The notes under the pieces: generated by a model
What the model saw: only the letters and a program-made list of their open reading frames with translations
Told to the model about the DNA's origin: nothing
Database searches by the model: none
Part shown: positions 1 to 9,267 of the stretch, one piece after another
Layout of the letters: each line of letters begins with the position of its first letter
Position numbering within the stretch: position 1 is the stretch's first letter
Program-made: the position numbers and the translations under genes
NCBI GenBank assembly: GCA_030651765.1
Contig: JAUSBY010000015.1
Coordinates: forward strand, 74,043-138,042
Length of the DNA stretch: 64,000 nucleotides
Direction: 5' to 3'
Source of the DNA: Coriobacteriia bacterium
GTDB lineage: Bacteria > Actinomycetota > Coriobacteriia > Anaerosomatales > Anaerosomataceae

Positions 1-2
1 AG

Positions 3-1784
3 CAGTCCAGCGGGCGCTACACCGTCGGCGGCGACTGCACCGACTGGGTGCCGCTTCCCGAGGACCACAAGTACTACGACGACGGGACCGCGACCCGGGA
101 CACGTCGGAGAACGTGTGGCTGTTCCTGGCCGATTCGCTCAACGGCTGGTACGAGATGCAGATCGCTGCAGGCGCGGAACCCGAGGATATCAACGCGTAC
201 CTGGCCGAGTTCGACACCCACGACCGTTATGACTGGGACGGCGACGGGAACTTCGATGAGCCGGACGGCTACATAGACCACTTCCAGTCGATCCACTCGG
301 GCGAGGGCGAAGAGGCCGGTGGCGGTGAGCTCGGCGACGAGGCCATCTGGAGCCACAGCTGGTACGCGTACTACGACCAGATCGGTACGACCGGACCGTC
401 GGACGAGTTCCTGCTCGGCGGCATCCGCATCGGCCAGAGCGACTTCTGGATCGGCGACTACACGGTCCAGCCCGAGAACGGCGGCGTGGGCGTGTTCGTC
501 CACGAGTTCACGCACGACCTCGGCCTGCCGGACCTCTACGACACCAACGCCGGAGAGAACGGCACGGGGTTCTGGACGCTCATGAGCAGCGGATCGTGGC
601 TGTCCGATGTGGACTACGACATCGGCTCGGCGCCCGGGCATCTGGGGCCGTGGGAGAAGAACCAGCTCGGCTGGCTCGACGTGCACGTGGCCGAGGCGGG
701 CGAGACCGAGCTCACGCTCGGGCCGGCGGAGTACAACTCGACCGAACCGCAGGCGCTGCTGGTGAACCTGCCCGACAAGTTCGTGGCGTGGGACATCGCC
801 GCGCCGTACGCCGGCGAGCACTTCTACTACAGCGGCAAGGGCGACAATCTCCGCAACGAGATGACCAGGGCGTTCACGCTTCCCGCGAGTGCGACGCTCA
901 CCGCGCAGGTGAACTACGGCATCGAGAAGGGCTACGACTACGCGAACCTGATCGTTTCGTCCGATGACGGTGCGACCTGGGCGACGGTGCCCACGAACCT
1001 GTCGAAGTCGACGGTGGAGGTCAACGGCATCGATGGGTTCTCCAAGGGCTGGGTCAGGCTCACGGCCGACCTCTCGGCGTACACTGGTGACGTGTTGCTC
1101 GGCTTCCGCTACGTCACCGATGGCGGCGTTGCCGAGGTCGGGTTCATGGTCGACGACATCGCGATCACCGGTCAGACGCTCGACGGCGCCGAGTCCGATG
1201 CCGGTTGGGTGTTCGACGGCTTCAAGGTGACCACCGGGCACGAGAGCGGCGAGTTCTGGAACTACTACCTGGCCGAGTACCGGCAGTTCTGGGGGTACGA
1301 TGCGGCGCTTGCGAAGTGCTACAATTTCGGCTTCCTCAAGGGCAAGGACGCGGCGGCCAACTGGGTAGAGCGCTTCGGGTATCAGCAGGGGCTTCTCGTG
1401 TGGTACTGCGACGAGTCGCAGGCCGACAACAACACGAGCGTGCATCCGGGTAGCGGCTTCGCGCTGCCGGTCGATGCGCACCCCGTGCCGTTGATGCGCA
1501 ATGGCAAGACCGTGTGGCGCAACCGGGTGCAGGCCTACGACGCGACGTTTGGGCTCGAGCCTACCGACGCGCTCGGGCTGCACATCAACTCGAAGCTCTG
1601 GCCGATCCCGAGTCTGCCGGCCGTGCCCGTCTTCGACGACGCGCTCTCGTACTGGGACGCGGCCAACCCGACCGGCAGCGTGAAGACGCCGTCGACCGGG
1701 ACGAAGATCGAAGTGCTCGATACGGCTCTGTCGGGTGACGGTGGCGCGTACATGGGCGTGCGTGTGACGGCGCCGGGGCTGTAA
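3..1784 (+). CDS. M6-family (immune inhibitor A-like) zinc metalloprotease, 5' end cut by window edge
   Basis: The frame is open from the window start. It carries the zinc motif VHEFTHDLGLPDLYD (HExxH) and a long beta-rich C-terminal region, as in InhA-like secreted proteases. Confidence 0.75.
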   Translation, partial: QSSGRYTVGGDCTDWVPLPEDHKYYDDGTATRDTSENVWLFLADSLNGWYEMQIAAGAEPEDINAYLAEFDTHDRYDWDGDGNFDEPDGYIDHFQSIHSGEGEEAGGGELGDEAIWSHSWYAYYDQIGTTGPSDEFLLGGIRIGQSDFWIGDYTVQPENGGVGVFVHEFTHDLGLPDLYDTNAGENGTGFWTLMSSGSWLSDVDYDIGSAPGHLGPWEKNQLGWLDVHVAEAGETELTLGPAEYNSTEPQALLVNLPDKFVAWDIAAPYAGEHFYYSGKGDNLRNEMTRAFTLPASATLTAQVNYGIEKGYDYANLIVSSDDGATWATVPTNLSKSTVEVNGIDGFSKGWVRLTADLSAYTGDVLLGFRYVTDGGVAEVGFMVDDIAITGQTLDGAESDAGWVFDGFKVTTGHESGEFWNYYLAEYRQFWGYDAALAKCYNFGFLKGKDAAANWVERFGYQQGLLVWYCDESQADNNTSVHPGSGFALPVDAHPVPLMRNGKTVWRNRVQAYDATFGLEPTDALGLHINSKLWPIPSLPAVPVFDDALSYWDAANPTGSVKTPSTGTKIEVLDTALSGDGGAYMGVRVTAPGL

Positions 1785-1900
1785 CCGCGCCGCGTTAGCG
1801 GTGCGCGTGGTATGCATCGTGCGTGATGGGGCCCCTGCGAGTCGGGGGCCTCATCACGCGGGGCTCCTTCGCGCTATCCTCTACACAGGGGGTGCTCCGC

Positions 1901-2995
1901 ATGTCGCTCCACGCGCGGCTCGGCAGGGACGATCCAGCGCCTTGGCTGCTCGCATCCGACGAGCCGCAGGCACGTTGGATCGCGCTCAGATGGCTGGCGG
2001 ACAGCGGTGTGGCCACTCTTGCCGACGTGCACGCCGAAGTGCTCGCCGATGAGCGCACCGCGCGGCTGCTCGATCTGCTGCCGGCCTCGTGGGACGAGCC
2101 CGCCCACGTGAGCGGTCACGACAAGCCGCAGCTTGCCACCAACGTGCTCGATCTGCTGGCCGAGTTCGGCCTGCGTGCCGACGATGACCCGCGCATCGGA
2201 CTCCTGCTCGAGCAGATGCTCACGCACACCGACGCCGACGACCGCTTCATGGCGTACGCCGCCCAGCGCTCGGGCCCGCCCGTGTGGGGGTGCCTGCACT
2301 GCGACACACACGCGATCGCGGACGTGGCCGGTCGCTTCGGCCGTGCGCGCGACCCGCGAGTGCTCCGGGCGCTCGCCGCTGCCGGGGCCGACCTGGTGCA
2401 CACCGACCTCGGCCTGGCGTGGGGGTGTCGTCCCGACCCGGCGACCGGCTTTCGGGGGCCCGGGCGTGCGAGCGAGCCGTGCCCTCAGGCCACGCTCGAA
2501 GCGCTGCGGGCTTTCAGCTGGCTTCCCGCGGCCGAGCGCCCTGCGTGGCTCGCCGACGTGGCGCACACCTCGCTCGAGATCTGGCGGCAGCGCGGCACGC
2601 GCAAGCCGTACATGATGGGACACGGCAGGCAGTTCAAGCAGGTGAAGTGGCCCCCTGCCTGGTACGGCGCGTACGAGGTGGTCGACACGCTCGGGCGCCT
2701 GCCGGAGGCGTGGCGGCATTCGTCCGAGGACCGCGCGTCTCTCGCCGAGATCGCCGCCTGTCTGCTCGCCTACAACGTGGCCGCCGACGGTCGGGTGACG
2801 CCGCTCTCGGCGTTCAAGGGCTGGGAGTGGATGAGCCTCGGGCAGAAGAAGGAGCCGTCGGGGCTGGCAACCGCGATGGTCTGGGCACGCCTGGCGGCAC
2901 TCGAGGAACTGGCCGACGAGATCGCTGCCGTGGACGTGACGCGTCTGGCGAGCAGCAAGGGCGGCAGTGGCACACCGATGCCGCCGAAGGTGTGA
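1901..2995 (+). CDS. hypothetical protein
   Basis: ATG at 1901 (MSLHARLG...). Amino-acid composition is balanced, unlike the Arg/Pro-rich antisense ORF. I recognised no diagnostic motif. Confidence 0.5.
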   Translation: MSLHARLGRDDPAPWLLASDEPQARWIALRWLADSGVATLADVHAEVLADERTARLLDLLPASWDEPAHVSGHDKPQLATNVLDLLAEFGLRADDDPRIGLLLEQMLTHTDADDRFMAYAAQRSGPPVWGCLHCDTHAIADVAGRFGRARDPRVLRALAAAGADLVHTDLGLAWGCRPDPATGFRGPGRASEPCPQATLEALRAFSWLPAAERPAWLADVAHTSLEIWRQRGTRKPYMMGHGRQFKQVKWPPAWYGAYEVVDTLGRLPEAWRHSSEDRASLAEIAACLLAYNVAADGRVTPLSAFKGWEWMSLGQKKEPSGLATAMVWARLAALEELADEIAAVDVTRLASSKGGSGTPMPPKV

Positions 2996-3047
2996 GGTGA
3001 GAGTCCGTATCGCACGCTCGTTAAGAGCCCCACGACAGGAGCCGTCC

Positions 3048-4217
3048 ATGTCCGAGCACGACGACCTTTCTTCCGACCTCGCCCGCCTTCGCGCGCTTTC
3101 CGGCGTTAAGTGGACGCGCTACCCGGCCGACGTCCTGCCGTGCTGGGTGGCCGACATGGACCTGCGCACGGCTCCGCCGGTGACGGACGCGCTGCGGGAT
3201 CTGATCGAGCGCGGCGACTTCGGCTACAACTTCCACGCGGCGGCGGCACTGCCCGAGTGCTTTGCAGACTGGACAGAAGCGCGTCACCACTGGCGGCCGG
3301 ACCCCGCGCACGTGCGCGTCTTCACCGACGTGCTGCAGGCGGTGCACCTCGCGCTGTGGCTCGGCACCGGGCCGGGTGACGGTGTGGTGCTCTTCACGCC
3401 GGTCTACCCGCCGTTCTTCCGCATGGTGACCGGAATTGGCCGACGCATCGTCGACTGTCCGCTCGACCCGGTCGGGTGGCGTCTCGAGCGCGACGCGCTC
3501 GACGAGGCGATCGAGCGCGCGGCCGCCGACGGGATCACCACCCGCGCGGTGCTCTTATGCAGTCCGCATAACCCCACCGGGCGCGTGTTCGGCCCGCACG
3601 AGATCGCCGCGGTGGCCGAGGTGGCGGCGCACCGCGATCTGCTGGTGATCAGCGACGAGATCTGGGCCGACGTGGTCTTCCCGGGGAAGCAGCACGTCCC
3701 GTTCCCGGCGTTTCCCGGCCTCAGGCCCGACCGGATCGTCACGGTCGCCGCGGCAAGCAAGGCCTTCAACCTCGCCGGTCTGCGCTGCGCGGTCGCCCAC
3801 ATCGGCGATGAGCGGCTCCGGGCGAAGATCGCCGAGCTGCCCGACCACCTGCTCGGCGCCGTGAGCACGCCGGGCGCGGTGGCAACGCGTGCCGCGTGGA
3901 CCGAGGGCGGGCCGTGGCTGGCCGAGACGGTCGCGTTCCTCGAGAGCCAGCGGGACCACCTGATCGAGCGCCTGAACGCCGAGCTTCCCGAGGTGCGCGT
4001 GCAGACACCCCAGGCGACCTACCTGGCGTGGCTCGACTTCCGTGCGCACGATCTCGGCGACGACCCGGCCGCCTGGCTGCTCGAGCACGCGAAGGTCGCG
4101 CTGGGCGCGGGGCCGGACTTCGGCGTGCACGGGGCCGGCTACGCCCGGCTCAACTTCGCCACCACTCGCGCGGTGCTCGACGAGGCGATCGATCGGATCG
4201 TTGCGGCGGTAGGGTAG
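3048..4217 (+). CDS. PatB/MalY-type class I/II aminotransferase (cystathionine beta-lyase-like, PLP-dependent)
   Basis: Start MSEHDD at 3048. Motifs VKWTRYPADVLPCWVADMD and the PLP-lysine context AASKAFNLAGLRCA are typical of the PatB/MalY family. Confidence 0.8.
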   Translation: MSEHDDLSSDLARLRALSGVKWTRYPADVLPCWVADMDLRTAPPVTDALRDLIERGDFGYNFHAAAALPECFADWTEARHHWRPDPAHVRVFTDVLQAVHLALWLGTGPGDGVVLFTPVYPPFFRMVTGIGRRIVDCPLDPVGWRLERDALDEAIERAAADGITTRAVLLCSPHNPTGRVFGPHEIAAVAEVAAHRDLLVISDEIWADVVFPGKQHVPFPAFPGLRPDRIVTVAAASKAFNLAGLRCAVAHIGDERLRAKIAELPDHLLGAVSTPGAVATRAAWTEGGPWLAETVAFLESQRDHLIERLNAELPEVRVQTPQATYLAWLDFRAHDLGDDPAAWLLEHAKVALGAGPDFGVHGAGYARLNFATTRAVLDEAIDRIVAAVG

Positions 4218-4246
4218 GCAGTCCGGGACGCGCTGCCGTCCTGCAG

Positions 4247-6652
4247 TCAGTAGGACAGGCGGATCACGGCACCCTGCTCGGTCACGAAGACACTCGGGAA
4301 GGTTCTGCTCGCTGGGATCAGCTCCCAGCCGTACGGGTAGCCCAGATTCTCCCAGTACTCGTAGTCGACGTGCACGTAGTAGGCTGTCGCGCGCACGGGG
4401 ACGACGATATCGTTCACGCCGCTCCAGCCGGCCCCTGTGTCGCTCCCTGTGGCCACGATGGTGCCGGTGGCGCCCCCGAGACGAACGGTCCAGCTCGCCC
4501 ATTCATCCTCGGCCGGACCGGGTTGTCCCTCGATGTCCGAGTCACCCCATACCAGCCTGATCGTCCCCGTCTGGCGGATGATCGTGAAGTTTGCGGTGTT
4601 GGGGCTCTCGACGTTGCCTGACCAGTCCTCGGACCAGAACGTGAGCGTGTGTGGAACCGCCCCGTCGAGGGCCGGTACGTTCACGATCGTGCCGGTCTGT
4701 GTGGGGCCGTCATCAAGCGAGTAGAAGGTAGCCTTCACACCATGCGTGCTCGCGTCGGTCGCCGTCAGGGTGATCGAGGCGTTGTACCAGTAGTAGGTTG
4801 TCTGAGCATTCGAGGTTGTGACTGGGGCGGTCACGTCCTCGACGATCGTGAAGTCAGCGGTGTTGTGTGTCGCCTCGGTGAGCCCGTTTTGATCGACCGA
4901 CCAGAACTCGATCGTATGCTCACCCGGCGCAACTATGAGTGCGGTCTTGCCCGTGAGCACCGCACCGCCATCCACGCGATAGTATGTCGTGCCGATCGCT
5001 GCCTTGCCGCCCTTAGTGATCGTGAACCGTATGAGAGCCGCGCCGTCGTAGGTCGCTCGCGCGTTCGACGATGTCACGGGCAGGGACGCACTGGCAGGGC
5101 TGGCGTGGCAGTTGAGGCAGTCCACGGGCCTCGGCCACCACGAGGACGGGTGGCACGCATCGCACCCCTCGTCGTATGCCTGCCAGTGCGTATCGAACGG
5201 CCCGTCGTGATAGGTCACGTGGCACTCACCCTGCTGGCAGCCACTGCCCCAGCCGGGCTCGAGCGTGTCGTACGGTGTCGCGTGGCATGCGACGCACTGG
5301 TCCGCGTGAACCGGCAACAGGTCCGTGACGTGGCATGTGGTGCACGGGGCATCGATGCCGTCTTCGGGGCCCGACACCCAGTCGTGCTTCTCGTCGAACA
5401 CCTGAACGTAGCCACTTCCCGGTGCTGCGTCATGGACGAGTGAGTGGCAGTTCAGGCACAGGCTGTTGGGCTCGGCGGACTCGGGAGTGCGCACGAGGAG
5501 GTTCGCGCGGTCACTCTCGTGCGGGAATGTCTGGAACTGCGGGTTGTCGGTGGGATCCGCGTCCGTCCCGTACGCGGTGACGCGGAACTCCTGATCGGCA
5601 TCGGTCAACGTAGGGTTGGTCTTCCGGGCCGACGGACCCACATCGCGTCCATCCTCATGACACTGCTGGCACAGCGGAGCTGCACCCTCCTGAAGTGGCG
5701 TCTTCAGGGTGGGTTCGCCAAGCGCCGGTCCGGGCATCACGTAGCCGCGGTTACTCTGACCGAGCGACCCGAGCTCGGTTGTGATGGAGCCGACGCCGGT
5801 CACGACGGGCAACTCCTCGTACGTGTAGGAGTCGTCGGCCATCACGGGGTGGTTCTGCATGGCCCCGGAGTCCTCGTCATGCTGGCCGAGTCGACCTTTG
5901 TGGCATCCGGCACACCAGCCCGCTCCATACTCGGCTACCGCCGAGTCGGCGCCGGTGGGCTGTGACCTGAGCAGACGGCTGGTCTTGGTGGCGTAGGCCG
6001 TCTCGCTTGCCGGCGCGCTTCGGAGCCGGTCTCCGGTGAACGGTTCCACCGTCTGCGAGTCGTGAGGTGAGTGGCAGTCGGTGCAGGTGAGCGTGTCGCC
6101 CGCGCCGGAGAAGGCAACGACGGCGGAGCCGCCGGCCGGGTCCCCGCCGGGCACGACGTTGGTCTGCCCCACGCGATGACCGGCGGTCGCGTCCACTCCC
6201 GTGCGGGCCTTGACCACGCCGTAGACGCCCGTCCCGCCGGTGCCGTCGTGGCACGACTCGCAGACGCCCTCGATCGTTTGGGCGGGGAGCAGCCTCGAAT
6301 CGGGTGCCGCGTGGATGTCGTGGCAGGTCTGGCACTTGCCGGTGGACGTCCGGTAGTTGCCGTGAGGTCCCTTGCGGATGTCGGCGAGCAAGGCGGGGTC
6401 GGTCCCGGGATCGAGAAGGTCGGCCTGCTCGTTGCCGTGGCAGTCGACGCAGCCGGCGCGCGCCAGACCATCGGGGTATGTGGCGTCGGGGTTGGGATAA
6501 GCAACCGCGGTCTGAGCGCCACAGAGAACGGCCAGGAAGCAGAGCACAAGCAGCGTGCCCCACGCGAGTATCCCGGGCCTGGCCTGGGTCAGGTTCACGG
6601 ACACGTGCCTCCGGCGGGTGCAGTTCGTGACCAAATAGCGAACAGAATGCAT
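4247..6652 (-). CDS. secreted multiheme c-type cytochrome (11 CxxCH plus 1 Cx4CH) with C-terminal Ig-like beta repeats
   Basis: Heme motifs: CVDCH, CQTCH, CESCH, CTDCH, CAGCH, CQQCH, CLNCH, CTTCH, CVACH, CQQGECH, CDACH, CLNCH. Hydrophobic signal-like segment ILAWGTLLVLCFLAVLCGAQTAVA. The C-terminus has repeated T/Y-rich beta modules. The start is uncertain: ATG at 6652, or in-frame GTGs near 6601 just ahead of the signal-like segment. Confidence 0.85.
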   Translation of the reverse strand: MHSVRYLVTNCTRRRHVSVNLTQARPGILAWGTLLVLCFLAVLCGAQTAVAYPNPDATYPDGLARAGCVDCHGNEQADLLDPGTDPALLADIRKGPHGNYRTSTGKCQTCHDIHAAPDSRLLPAQTIEGVCESCHDGTGGTGVYGVVKARTGVDATAGHRVGQTNVVPGGDPAGGSAVVAFSGAGDTLTCTDCHSPHDSQTVEPFTGDRLRSAPASETAYATKTSRLLRSQPTGADSAVAEYGAGWCAGCHKGRLGQHDEDSGAMQNHPVMADDSYTYEELPVVTGVGSITTELGSLGQSNRGYVMPGPALGEPTLKTPLQEGAAPLCQQCHEDGRDVGPSARKTNPTLTDADQEFRVTAYGTDADPTDNPQFQTFPHESDRANLLVRTPESAEPNSLCLNCHSLVHDAAPGSGYVQVFDEKHDWVSGPEDGIDAPCTTCHVTDLLPVHADQCVACHATPYDTLEPGWGSGCQQGECHVTYHDGPFDTHWQAYDEGCDACHPSSWWPRPVDCLNCHASPASASLPVTSSNARATYDGAALIRFTITKGGKAAIGTTYYRVDGGAVLTGKTALIVAPGEHTIEFWSVDQNGLTEATHNTADFTIVEDVTAPVTTSNAQTTYYWYNASITLTATDASTHGVKATFYSLDDGPTQTGTIVNVPALDGAVPHTLTFWSEDWSGNVESPNTANFTIIRQTGTIRLVWGDSDIEGQPGPAEDEWASWTVRLGGATGTIVATGSDTGAGWSGVNDIVVPVRATAYYVHVDYEYWENLGYPYGWELIPASRTFPSVFVTEQGAVIRLSY

Positions 6653-6765
6653 AAGAGTATGCCATATTCCGCAAGTTTCGTGCCGCTCGGGACGGCGCGG
6701 GGCTGCCGGCATCGACCCGGAGGAGTAGTCTTCTTCGCGAGGGCTGACCGGCCAGCGGGGTACTG

Positions 6766-7161
6766 CTAGCGGCCCCGCAGGTACTCGGCGGGGGGCAGCA
6801 CACGGACGCCACTCACAGTGGTGCCGAGGCACGGGCCGAAGTGCGTAAGGTCGCCCGTAAGGAGCACGTCGGCCCCGCTCACGATCGCGGCGAGGAGCAC
6901 CGGGCGGTCATTGGGCGGGAGGCCGGGGTCGTCTTCTATGCGGAAGTCGGCGGGCTCGGCGGGCAGCGCCACGAGCGCGGCGATGAGCGTCTCGAGGCGC
7001 TCGGCCGCATCAGGTGCAGGCACGTTGCGGCGTGCCTCGGCCAGCACGTGCGGAGAGGCGAGCAGTCGCACGCCCGGCAGCGTCCAGAGCGACGCGATTC
7101 GCGACGCGGGCTTGAGCGCGGCCGAGACGAGCACGTTGGCGTCAAGGAAGACCCGCTCCAC
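6766..7161 (-). CDS. PIN-domain toxin (PIN_3/VapC-like)
   Basis: VFLDANVLVSAAL ... ADVLLTGDLTHFG acidic PIN signature. The GTG start lies 3 nt after the stop of the upstream antitoxin. Confidence 0.8.
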   Translation of the reverse strand: MERVFLDANVLVSAALKPASRIASLWTLPGVRLLASPHVLAEARRNVPAPDAAERLETLIAALVALPAEPADFRIEDDPGLPPNDRPVLLAAIVSGADVLLTGDLTHFGPCLGTTVSGVRVLPPAEYLRGR

Positions 7162-7164
7162 CGC

Positions 7165-7455
7165 CTACTCCGGGCGCTTCTGGTGGGGAACCGTGTCGGG
7201 GTCGATACCGAGGGCGCGGACCTCGGCCAGCGCCTCGTCGAACTCGGCGCCCGTGACCGCGTTGTTGAGCAGGAACTCGGCCTGTCGCTCGGGCGTGTAG
7301 ACCTCCACCTCGTAGGCGCGGACCGGCTTGAGGAGTAGGCCGGCGGCCGACTCCTCCATCACGAGCATCTCGCCCTCTTCCAGCCCGTAGCGCCGCCGCG
7401 CGCCGGCCGGGATCACCACCGTGCCACGCTTGCCGATGCGGATGTAGTCGGCCAT
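7165..7455 (-). CDS. AbrB/SpoVT-fold antitoxin
   Basis: MADYIRIGKRGTVVIPAGARRRYGLEEGEMLVMEE is a swapped-hairpin AbrB-type motif. The gene sits immediately upstream of the PIN gene. Confidence 0.75.
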   Translation of the reverse strand: MADYIRIGKRGTVVIPAGARRRYGLEEGEMLVMEESAAGLLLKPVRAYEVEVYTPERQAEFLLNNAVTGAEFDEALAEVRALGIDPDTVPHQKRPE

Positions 7456-7574
7456 GAGCACCCACCTCTCGAGGTTGTGTTCAGTATAGCGGAATGTCTG
7501 ACATTCAGATAGCAACCACCAGCTGTCAGCACGCGTAAGGGCGCCTCTGGAGCACTACCGAAGGCAATGGCCCG

Positions 7575-7910
7575 TCACGAACCCGCGGACGTGGCAGTGT
7601 GCGATGCGATGACCCGGCCTACGTCGGCCGGTGTCGCGCCGAGGGTGAGCAGTGCCTTCACGAGAAGGTCCAGCGAGACCGTCGCATCAGCCGCCTCCAA
7701 CTTCGCCACGCGTGACTGGCTGGAGCCGAGCCTCATGGCCGTCTCGGTCTGCGTCAGGCCACTCTGGGTGCGCAGGCCGCGTGCGTATCGGGCCAGAGCA
7801 ACCTTCATCTCGACGAAAGCAGTCTCCTCGGGGGTGAGGTCGAGGAAGTCCGCGGCGCTGCCTACCTTCCAGCCTGCCGAGTCAAGACGTGCTCGTTTCC
7901 TCGGATCCAT
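7575..7910 (-). CDS. XRE-family HTH antitoxin (HigA-like)
   Basis: GLTQTETAMRLGSSQSRVAKLE helix-turn-helix. The ATG lies 2 nt after the stop of the upstream toxin-like ORF. Confidence 0.75.
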   Translation of the reverse strand: MDPRKRARLDSAGWKVGSAADFLDLTPEETAFVEMKVALARYARGLRTQSGLTQTETAMRLGSSQSRVAKLEAADATVSLDLLVKALLTLGATPADVGRVIASHTATSAGS

Positions 7911-7912
7911 CG

Positions 7913-8143
7913 TTAGTCCTCCCGTCGCGAGGCGGCATCGTACCTGCTGAGCCGCCGCTTACACTCGTTGATGACCGCAGGCGGCGTGGCGCGCGTCGTC
8001 TTGCGAAATACCGCCGCGATGACGATCGCGAGCACTTCGCCGTCCTGCAGATACCGCAGCAGTACGCCCGCCTTGACACGCGCAGCGCGTGAGAAAGGCG
8101 GTGTTGCGATCTCATCACGGAGCCATACGAGCGGCTTCGTCAC
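7913..8143 (-). CDS. RelE/Gp49 (DUF891)-like toxin, abnormally short, possible remnant
   Basis: The N-terminus (TKPLVWLRDEI..FSRAARVKAGVLLRYLQDGE) and C-terminus (AVFRKTTRATPPAVINECKRRL) resemble Gp49-type RelE toxins. About 35 central residues appear to be missing (76 aa total). Confidence 0.55.
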   Translation of the reverse strand: MTKPLVWLRDEIATPPFSRAARVKAGVLLRYLQDGEVLAIVIAAVFRKTTRATPPAVINECKRRLSRYDAASRRED

Positions 8144-8243
8144 CCTGCGTCACCCCCAAGGATATGTCAGAAGCGACATACGCGCAAGTCCACTGAGAAC
8201 CCCGGGCTGGGGCTGGCGGGCGATGCGGACTTCGGTCCGTGAA

Positions 8244-8640
8244 CCGTCGGGGAGGCGGAGCGCGAGCTTCCGCGCGGTTCGGCCCGGCGAGCCGTTCTTC
8301 TTCCGCCTCAAGTCGCCGCACAACGCGATCGCGGGCTTTGGGTACTTCGCAGGCTTCAGCGCGCTGTCGGCGTGGCTCGCATGGGAGAGCAACGGGTCCC
8401 AAGAACGGCGCCGCCGACTTCGACGAGATGCGCGCGCGCATCGAGCGCTACCGCCGACGCAACAGCACGCCGGTCTCCCAGCGTCCGGGCGACTACTCGA
8501 TCGGCTGCATCATGGTGGCGAGCCCGGTGTTCTTCCCCGAGGAGCTGTGGGCGCGCGAGCCGAAGGGCTGGGCGCCCAACATCGTGCGCGGACGCGGTGA
8601 GGACCTCACGCAGGCCGAGGGGCTGCGTCCGAGCAGGGAG
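8244..8640 (+). pseudogene. decayed copy A of the HNH endonuclease gene at 13372-14307 (5' end missing, 1-nt frameshift, nuclease domain deleted)
   Basis: Near-identical nucleotides to 13459-13820. The peptide PGEPFFFRLKSPHNAIAGFGYFAGFSAL is split over two frames by an extra nt in gagagcaacgggtccc versus gagagcttcgggccc. It then jumps to gcgtccgagcaggga, which in the intact gene lies at ~14252. Confidence 0.8.
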
Positions 8641-8729
8641 CGGATTGCCGAGGCTACAGTGATCGCACGAACTGTCCGATTCAACTAGGAAGCTGCAGCA
8701 CGCAACTCCTCAGATGAACGGCGGTGGTC

Positions 8730-9239
8730 ATGGCGCGGCGCAATGATGGCTTCTTGGATCTAGTCGTGGAACTCCCGTGGTGGGTCGGTGTCATCGTCGC
8801 CGGCCTCGCCTATGCAGTCATGCGGTACATGATTCCGAGCATCGTTAGTGACAGTCCCTTCACGGCGGCGCTGGGCCAGGTGAGCTACGGCCTCGCCCCG
8901 TACGGAGCAGGGCTGACCCTTCTTGCGGCAGGTGTTTCGGCGATTCGCTCGTTACTCGAGTATCTGCGCGGACATCGGCAGCACACAGCCTCGCCGAGAA
9001 TCGACCCTCCGCCCAGCAGGGGACCGCGCCCCGTCGTCCAGCGGCCCGCCCCGCGCGCTAGCACCCAGTCCGGCGGTCCGGTCGAGCGTCGACCAGTGAC
9101 CGTTGCATCCCGTCCTTGCCCGCGCTGCGGTGGCGCGCTGGTCATGCGCCGCGCGTCGCGCGGGGCGCATGCCGGCTCGAGCTTCTGGGGTTGCTCCAGC
9201 TATCCGAAGTGTCGCCACACAGAAGACGTCACGGCGTGA
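8730..9239 (+). CDS. membrane protein with C-terminal topoisomerase-type C4 zinc finger
   Basis: Two hydrophobic helices (WWVGVIVAGLAYAV; YGLAPYGAGLTLLAAGV), a Pro/Arg linker, then CPRCGGALVMR...FWGCSSYPKCRH (zf-C4_Topoisom pattern). Alternative GTG start at 8724. Confidence 0.7.
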   Translation: MARRNDGFLDLVVELPWWVGVIVAGLAYAVMRYMIPSIVSDSPFTAALGQVSYGLAPYGAGLTLLAAGVSAIRSLLEYLRGHRQHTASPRIDPPPSRGPRPVVQRPAPRASTQSGGPVERRPVTVASRPCPRCGGALVMRRASRGAHAGSSFWGCSSYPKCRHTEDVTA

Positions 9240-9267
9240 GGCAGCCCATGGGCGCTGATCGCAGTCA

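Noticed and set aside
1874-3049. 391-aa antisense ORF opposite the 1901-2995 gene
   Set aside because: The composition is extremely Arg/Gly/Pro-rich with no motifs. The sense-strand ORF has normal composition.
5877-6812. 311-aa and 204-aa alternate-frame ORFs inside the cytochrome gene
   Set aside because: They are Arg/Pro-rich shadow frames. The CxxCH-bearing frame is clearly the coding one.
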